From: Okeania sp.
GTDB taxonomy: Bacteria; Cyanobacteriota; Cyanobacteriia; Cyanobacteriales; Microcoleaceae
Assembly (NCBI RefSeq): GCF_035285525.1
Contig: NZ_JAYKGW010000014.1
Location: 1-20,430, forward strand
Length of the DNA: 20,430 nucleotides
Reading direction: 5' to 3'
Positions 15,354-20,430 of this stretch are shown here, one piece after another. Below the pieces are notes generated by a model. That model saw only the letters and a program-made list of their open reading frames with translations, ran no database searches and was not told the origin of the DNA. Positions within the stretch are counted from its first letter, which is position 1, and every line of letters begins with the position of its first letter. A program made the translations under genes and the position numbers.

Positions 15354-15388
15354 TTTGACTTTTGACTTTTAAATCTTGACTTTTGACT
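15354..15388. repeat. STRR-type heptamer tract (TTTGACT)x5, inverse of 15011-15038
   Basis: Five heptamers, the third degenerate (TTTAAAT). It is the reverse complement of the AGTCAAA tract and ends 8 nt before the ATG at 15397. Confidence 0.8.
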
Positions 15389-15396
15389 TAAAAATA

Positions 15397-15966
15397 ATGA
15401 TACATCGTTTTACACAAGCTTTAGTATATGCCACCGAGTTACACGCTCATCAAATTCGCAAAGGAAGTAAAATTCCTTATATTTCCCACCTTTTGGGAGT
15501 AGCTAGCATTGCCCTCGAATATGGCGCTGATGAAGATGAGGCCATAGCAGCATTACTCCACGATTCTATAGAAGATCAAGGTGGGGAAACTGTTCGTGCC
15601 GAAATTAGAGTCCGTTTTGGGGACAGGGTGACAGAAATAGTGGATGGTTGTACTGACACGGACATTACTCCAAAACCACCTTGGGCAGAACGTAAAAAAG
15701 CTTACATTGCTCGTATTCCAAGTGCTTCACCTTCAGTGCGCTTAGTTTCTGCGGCAGATAAGCTACATAATATTAGGTCTATTTTGAAAGATTATCGTAT
15801 CCAAGGTGATGGACTTTGGGATATATTTAAGGGTGGTAAAGAAGGAACGCTCTGGTATTATCGATCACTTGTAACTGCATTTCATCAAGCTGACTCTACT
15901 CCGATAGTAATAGAGTTAGATCGTCTAGTTACAGAGTTGGAAAAGTTAGTCGAAAGCTCAAGTTAG
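15397..15966 (+). CDS. HD-domain phosphohydrolase, RelA/SpoT-hydrolase-like (possible small alarmone hydrolase), 189 aa
   Basis: FTQALVYATELHAHQIRKGSKIPYISHLLGVASIALEYGADEDEAIAALLHDSIED carries the H...HD...D pattern of SpoT-type HD hydrolases. I prefer ATG 15397 over the TTG at 15376 because the TTG lies inside the heptamer repeat. Confidence 0.75.
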   Translation: MIHRFTQALVYATELHAHQIRKGSKIPYISHLLGVASIALEYGADEDEAIAALLHDSIEDQGGETVRAEIRVRFGDRVTEIVDGCTDTDITPKPPWAERKKAYIARIPSASPSVRLVSAADKLHNIRSILKDYRIQGDGLWDIFKGGKEGTLWYYRSLVTAFHQADSTPIVIELDRLVTELEKLVESSS

Positions 15967-16272
15967 CTTTTATATTAGGTTGCATTAATTAACCACAACA
16001 GAACTAAAGCCACGAGTAATACAATTTCGACGTTTGAGATTGCTTTCCTGAGGTCATGCTACGCATTCATGTCGCGGAGCGAAACACTGTCGCTGGCGTT
16101 GCGAGCCGCGCCATGACAGAAATAGGTTGTTCTGCGTCAGTCCTACACAATACAAAAAGACGGTATAGATATAGATAATTTAGTCATCTTTAAAGATGAC
16201 TTAAGCTATCAGCCAAGGATTTTAATCCTTCCCTTGGCCAGCCTCCCACTGCCGTAGAAATTTCCCTACCTC

Positions 16273-17325
16273 CTACTCCCTATTTTGAAATTGTTCTAAT
16301 TCTCCTGGAGCAACTGTACCATATTCTGTCATTATTCCAGCAATTAATTCTGCTGGTGTAACATCAAATGCGGGATTATAAAATTCTACACCTTCTGGAC
16401 AAATGCGGGTTTTTCCCACTTGATATACTTCTTTCACATCTCTCTCTTCAATAGGTATTTGACTACCATCAGATAATTTAAAGTCGATAGTTGATAGAGG
16501 TGCTGCTACAAAAAAGGGAATATTATGTGCTTTCGCCACAATAGCTAAACTATAAGTACCAATTTTATTAGCAGTATCTCCATTTGCAGCTATTCTGTCA
16601 GCTCCCACCACTACAGCATGAATTAAACCTTGTTTCATACAATGAGCTGCCATATTATCACTAATTAAAATGACAGGTATGTTTTCTTGCACACATTCCC
16701 AAGTAGTAAGTTTGGAACCTTGGAGACGAGGACGAGTCTCATCTGCATAGACTTTAGCTAACCTACCATCTCGCCACGCAGAACGAATCACACCTAATGC
16801 CGTACCATAACCAGCAGTTGCTAAAGCACCCGCATTACAGTGAGTTAATATATTCAATTTTTCTGGAGTAGTTGGTAAAAATTCAACTCCGCGATCGCCT
16901 ATATTTTTACAAGTTTGTATATCTTCTGCATGAATATTTTTAGCAGTTTTTAGTAAAGCTTTTTGAATTTCTTCGACAGTTCCATTAGTTTGATTTGCTA
17001 CTTTTAACATTCGCTCAATAGCCCAAAATAAATTAACAGCAGTTGGGCGAGTTTGTCGTAACATTACAGCTATTTCTTCTAACTGTTTTAAAAAGTCATT
17101 TCTATCAGTTATAGAAATTTCTCTTGCTCCTAAATACATTCCATAAGCTGCTGATACACCAATAGCTGGTGCGCCACGAACTATCATTATTTTAATAGCT
17201 CGTGCCATGTCTTGAGAACTCTTAATTTCTACAATTTTATATTCTCCTGGTAAGAGAGTTTGATCAATTAATAAAACTCGGTCATTTTGCCAAATAATCG
17301 GATTAACTTCTGTTATTTTAGACAT
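16273..17325 (-). CDS. mtnA: S-methyl-5-thioribose-1-phosphate isomerase (eIF-2B alpha/beta/delta-like family), 350 aa
   Basis: [34 protein letters not shown]..., [67 protein letters not shown] and NPAFDVTP are MtnA hallmarks. Start set at Met42 of the tracked ORF (ATG 17325-17323). Confidence 0.9.
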   Translation of the reverse strand: MSKITEVNPIIWQNDRVLLIDQTLLPGEYKIVEIKSSQDMARAIKIMIVRGAPAIGVSAAYGMYLGAREISITDRNDFLKQLEEIAVMLRQTRPTAVNLFWAIERMLKVANQTNGTVEEIQKALLKTAKNIHAEDIQTCKNIGDRGVEFLPTTPEKLNILTHCNAGALATAGYGTALGVIRSAWRDGRLAKVYADETRPRLQGSKLTTWECVQENIPVILISDNMAAHCMKQGLIHAVVVGADRIAANGDTANKIGTYSLAIVAKAHNIPFFVAAPLSTIDFKLSDGSQIPIEERDVKEVYQVGKTRICPEGVEFYNPAFDVTPAELIAGIMTEYGTVAPGELEQFQNRE

Positions 17326-17696
17326 GATATTTTTCCCTAATTTTTTTCTAAACAAAAATATAATATCATCAGGACTAAAGTTTTTTATTTGAGGGGAGGA
17401 GTCAGAATCGGTGAATCCAGCAATCCTGCAATCCAGGAGGAATAACAATTATAGAACAGGTAGCCAGAATAATCTTACTCTAATTTTTTACCCCTCGAAA
17501 TACCCAAAATCCAGGATTTTTGAGCTGGAGTCTCCTAAAAGCTGGTAGTTTATTAGTATCTATAAATGCTGAAAGCAATGCCCGTAAACACTTTGATAAA
17601 TAATTCAGCCAGCCCTAAGTATCTTATTGTATCGCTTATAGCGGTCGAAGCAAAGGTTAGGACAGTTCAAAAGCTGAAAACTCAGACAACGCCAGA

Positions 17697-17742
17697 TTCT
17701 TCCTTCTTCCTTCTTCCTTCTTTCTTCTTTCTTCTTTCTTCT
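17697..17742. repeat. Polypyrimidine heptamer tract (TTCTTCC)x3 (TTCTTTC)x3
   Basis: Six consecutive heptamers at 17697-17738 plus a partial TTCT. ORF 17566..17826 runs through it and is treated as spurious. Confidence 0.85.
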
Positions 17743-17780
17743 GCTATACATACGCAAATCATCAAGATAAGTAGCCGAGA

Positions 17781-17820
17781 GTCTTTCCTCCCCGTGACTT
17801 TAGTCACGGGGAGGAAAGAC
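17781..17820. repeat. Perfect 18-bp-stem palindrome (GTCTTTCCTCCCCGTGAC TTTA GTCACGGGGAGGAAAGAC) in the 3' flank of the IsrB-like gene
   Basis: Arms are 17781-17798 and 17803-17820. A second hairpin GACGGTT/AACCGTC lies at 17825-17840, 5 nt after the IsrB stop. Either could be a transcript terminator or an IS200/IS605-type subterminal hairpin. Confidence 0.6.
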
Positions 17821-17845
17821 GAATGACGGTTTTAACCGTCGTGAT

Positions 17846-19022
17846 TTAAACAACACAGAGCTTATTTGACCGACGAATCAGCTTAACTTTCTTAAGGGAA
17901 AATTGCCCAATTCGTTTCCAATTGTGGTCGTAAACGCTGATATTTTTGCTTTTAGCATCAGTAAAACCACCAACCCATCCCATGTAGGTTTTTCCTGCTT
18001 TTTCTGCTAAAACTCGATCGCCATAACGAACATTAAAAGGAGTAGTTGTTCCCCCTTTGCGTTTACGAATGCTGCCTTTTTCTGTATTGTCAAAGTGCAA
18101 AGCACGACGAAAATAAGCAGGTCTGGTTATAACTCGGAAAATGCAAGGAGTAATATTAACTGAACCTTTCCATCCCCAAGTATCGTTTTTTTTACCAGGG
18201 GTTACGCGCCCGACGGACAAACTCACTTGCTCCCAAAGCAATCCCATCTACTGCATGAGACTCTGGTACTTGGGCTTTTTTATCTTTGATTTTCTCCAGT
18301 TTTAAATATCGGCGTATTTGGCTGGTTCCGTTATTATTCTTTTGCCAACCATAGACAGTTTTAACTGGGGCAATAGATTTGAGCTTTTCTACGCAATAAT
18401 TCTGTCCAACCATTACTGGAGAAAATCCTTTACCCGAACGCGCTCCTTTTCTACCGCTGGTTAAATCGACATCAGCTTTAACCAATTCATAGACAATTTT
18501 ACTAATAGGAAATACCTGGGAAAGTTCAGCAATGACTCTGATTTCCATCTCCCTAGAAGCTCGAATAGATGGAACTAATTTACCTTTTTGAATGCGATTA
18601 TTGAATCGCTTTTGTCGATGGGCACGTTGGTTAAAGGGTACTTTTCTATTAATTCTTCTACCTCGTCGTGCCCGACGTTGCAATGCTCGGTTTCTGACAT
18701 TTTTAATGACTTTGCCTTGCTTAATAACAGCAGAACCAAGTCGCTCTTTAACGCGGTCGAAAGGCAAAACGAAATGTGCGGCAAAAAGAGTAAACTTTGC
18801 GGATTGGACTGCAATCCCGGTATACTTTTTACCAGGGTCACAGCCAACTGCTATTTTCTGAGTTTCACAACCCGATGGTTCAGCTACCAGCCGAACATAA
18901 TACAAGCCTGTATCATTCCAATGGGAAGTTGCTTTTCCTTTCTTGAGCCAACGACGTGCCCGCGATGCTTTTGTCGGCATTGCAGGGGAACCGTCTGGAT
19001 TTTGAACTGGTACTCGAAACAT
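17846..19022 (-). pseudogene. isrB: IsrB-like (IscB family lacking the HNH domain) OMEGA RNA-guided nuclease gene, split by one frameshift
   Basis: N-terminal PLMP-type domain MFRVPVQNPDGSPAMPTKASRARRWLKKGKA. RuvC-I is KIAVGCDPGKKYTGIAV. Arg-rich bridge helix is LQRRARRGRRINRK...RFNNR. RuvC-II is KIVYELVKAD. RuvC-III is SHAVDGIALG. No CxxC/HNH insert is present. The C-terminal target-interaction-like domain (RRALHFD...KGG...FNVRYGDRVL...GWVGGF...) is in the adjacent frame (ORF 17846..18247). Confidence 0.8.
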
Positions 19023-19290
19023 AAGAGATAATCCTTTTCGAGAAAAGTTGTATGTCCCTACGACCACCAAAAACGTTGTGTCCTGGAATAACCCAGTGCC
19101 TTCACCCAAGAAGGCCAACAAATAGTCCGGGCTAGGGAAATACCCAGAGGTGTTATCGTTTTTGGCTCCATGCATGCATGGTCTAGCCAACTCTTAGTTA
19201 GACGTTGGGTTGTCCAAGCTGCGCGTCTTTAGACCGCAGAAGTTGACCTAAGTCAAAACTCTCTTCGCTATTCGTGGTTTATACACTTTT
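19023..19290 (-). ncRNA. Candidate omega-RNA scaffold (plus guide at its 5' end) of the IsrB-like element; boundaries approximate
   Basis: It is in the position expected for IscB/IsrB omega-RNAs, immediately 5' of the ORF on the same strand. Several hairpins read on the - strand: CTGCGGTC-TAAA-GACGCGCAG (~19221-19241), TTGGCT...AGCCAA enclosing the 14-nt palindrome CCATGCATGCATGG (~19163-19190), CCTTC-TTGGGT-GAAGG (~19098-19113), CTTTTC..GAAAAG (~19034-19047). The 56-codon N-terminal extension of ORF 18192..19190 lies here and has no IscB-like sequence. Confidence 0.45.
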
Positions 19291-19583
19291 TTTCATACTA
19301 AAACTACTATATTTGACATGACTCACTTGTCTCTTAATTTAGGACAAAATAATAGGAATATTACAAATAGTACCATCTATATTCTATGGTTTATGGCGGT
19401 CCTAATAGATATTATATCAAATCCGCTTAATTCGATAGAACAAAATATTTTATCTTCAACCATTACTATATCTTCCCATACTCCTCACCCTCTCCACCCT
19501 CTTTTTACACCGATACTACCGGATTTGATATTACTATTCTCACCATAGATTCTAATAGGAATATTGGTGAGCCACCTGCTCGC

Positions 19584-19667
19584 ACAGCGTTCGTCTCATA
19601 AATTATCAGTAATTATCCGTATAATACAGCGTTCGTCTCATAAATTATCAGTAATTATCCGTATAAT
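19584..19667. repeat. Perfect 42-bp tandem duplication
   Basis: ACAGCGTTCGTCTCATAAATTATCAGTAATTATCCGTATAAT occurs at 19584-19625 and again, identical, at 19626-19667. Confidence 0.9.
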
Positions 19668-19785
19668 TCACTGAAGCTGTACTCAAATTTTAATAAATAG
19701 ACTATAATAAGAAGGATTTACGCAGAGCCACCATTTCTATTAGGAGCAAATCTTTGCCTTCTATAGGTAACTCATTTTCTAACAC

Positions 19786-20153
19786 AGGACTTACCCATGG
19801 ACGCTATTAGTAGTAGTTGACTGTTTCAGCTAAAATAGTGCATTAGATTTTCTCTTTTGCTACCTTGTCTTCCTTGTCTAGACACAATCAAAAAGTAATG
19901 CACCATTTAAGGTGAAACAGTCTACTGGATTGTTTCTTCTTAAATTCTTAAATGGTGTAATAGGCTTTTTTCTCCCTTACTACCTTGTCTACCTTGCCCT
20001 CCTTGTCTTCCTTGTCTTCCCACAACCCAAAATCGCTCTGTACAGTTTTAGATGAAACAGTCTATTAGGGTGCGTTACGCTACCGCTAACGCACCAAGAG
20101 ACTACTATATGTAGAACCTTTGCGTAAGTCCTGTAACAGTTTGCGTAAGTCCT
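19786..20153. mobile_element. MITE-B copy interrupted by two tandem palindromic STR-bearing elements; right end duplicated
   Basis: The left end AGGACTTACCCA...ACGCTATTAGTAG (19786-19816) and right part TTAGGGTGCGTTACGC...GCGTAAGTCCT (20065-20132, end repeated at 20142-20153) are collinear with 11465-11552. The inserted modules 19812-19925 and 19930-20065 each have inverted ends (GACTGTTTCAGC / GGTGAAACAGTC) around CCTTG-containing short tandem repeats (2 versus 4 units). Confidence 0.5.
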
Positions 20154-20213
20154 AAAATATTTAACTACCACTAGAAAATTTACTTACAAACTCAACTATA
20201 GTAGAAATTAAAC

Positions 20214-20430
20214 ATGGCAAACATTCGTATAGAAGCAGAAAATTATAAACCAGGAGGGGAAGGAGTCGCTTACCATGACACTACTTCTGGTAACTCCGGA
20301 AACAAATATCGCTCTGAAGATGTTGATATTCAAACTACTAGCGATGTTGGAGGTGGATATAATGTCGGTTGGATCAATCCTGGAGAATGGTTGACCTACG
20401 ATGTACAAATTCCCGAAGCAGGAGATTATC
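20214..20430 (+). CDS. 5' part of a protein starting with a CBM6-like carbohydrate-binding module (runs off the right edge)
   Basis: The open frame from ATG 20214 reads MANIRIEAENYKPGGEGVAYHDTTSGNSGNKYRSEDVDIQTTSDVGGGYNVGWINPGEWLTYDVQIPEAGDY. The IEAE-Y...G-YR...VDI...GGY-VGW...GEW-Y-V pattern is typical of CBM6/CBM35-type modules. Confidence 0.6.
   Translation, partial: MANIRIEAENYKPGGEGVAYHDTTSGNSGNKYRSEDVDIQTTSDVGGGYNVGWINPGEWLTYDVQIPEAGDY

Noticed and set aside
15376-15396. TTG start (15376) of the tracked 196-aa HD-domain ORF
   Set aside because: The first 7 codons are the TTTGACT heptamer repeat. The ATG at 15397 gives a sensible N-terminus (MIHRFTQAL...).
16182-16230. Palindrome AGTCATCTTT/AAAGATGACT (16182-16201) and hairpin AAGGATT/AATCCTT (16215-16230) as bidirectional terminators between the HD gene and mtnA
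   Set aside because: They are plausible by position, but neither is followed by a U tract on either strand, so I cannot support a terminator call. The GC-rich stretch 16050-16147 looks like another dispersed repeat (it ends in CTGCGTCAGTCCT, similar to the MITE-B end).
17326-17448. 41-codon N-terminal extension of the mtnA ORF
   Set aside because: MtnA homology begins at MSKITEVNP (ATG 17325). The extension crosses a GGATTGC-type short repeat and has no counterpart in the family as I know it.
17566-17826. ORF 17566..17826 (+)
   Set aside because: It reads through the TTCTTCC/TTCTTTC heptamer tract (giving FFLLPSFFFLLS) and the 18-bp palindrome, so it is a repeat artefact.
18575-19031. ORFs 18575..18847 (-), 18588..19031 (+), 18592..18861 (+)
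   Set aside because: They are alternative-frame or antisense ORFs inside the IsrB-like gene, and none has recognisable motifs.
19023-19190. N-terminal 56 aa of ORF 18192..19190 (MARPCMHGAKNDN...)
   Set aside because: IscB/IsrB proteins begin with the PLMP-type motif, found here at Met57 (ATG 19022). The upstream part overlaps the hairpin-rich candidate omega-RNA.
19318-19548. ORF 19318..19548 (+), 76 aa
   Set aside because: It is AT-rich and low-complexity (ending HTPHPLHPLFTPILP). It has no RBS and no family resemblance, so it is more likely spacer DNA flanking the IsrB element.
20208-20408. ORF 20208..20408 (-), and ORF 19989..20171 (-)
   Set aside because: The first is antisense to the clear CBM6-like reading frame. 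The second lies inside the nested MITE and STR region.

Overview
The window looks cyanobacterial and Nostocales-like: many HIP1 GCGATCGC sites, heptamer STRR tracts, xisH/xisI relics and nested MITEs. It is a repeat-ridden accessory-type region. Left to right on the + strand: the tail of an unidentified gene; two tandem secreted DUF3604 (PHP-like hydrolase) paralogs; decayed xisH, xisI and antitoxin genes; a 753-aa PLP-dependent group II decarboxylase-like gene; a secreted GH13 alpha-amylase; and a DUF2281-type antitoxin with a PIN toxin that carries an in-frame TGA. On the - strand there is a thyX gene interrupted by two inteins. One intein has a LAGLIDADG endonuclease. The other is a mini-intein containing an in-frame 183-nt tandem duplication built around heptamer repeats. 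After that come an HD-domain (SpoT-like hydrolase) gene on the + strand, mtnA on the - strand, and a frameshifted IsrB-like (HNH-less IscB) OMEGA nuclease gene on the - strand with about 270 nt of hairpin-rich candidate omega-RNA upstream. The window ends with the start of a CBM6-like protein. Three things deserve most attention. (1) The IsrB/omega-RNA element. (2) A conserved hairpin-forming leader module present in 5-6 copies. It directly precedes both DUF3604 genes and the decarboxylase gene, shows one compensatory base-pair change, and extends across the stop codons into a shared C-terminal tail of the DUF3604 genes. (3) The doubly intein-invaded thyX. All family assignments rest on motif recognition by eye; no searches were run.
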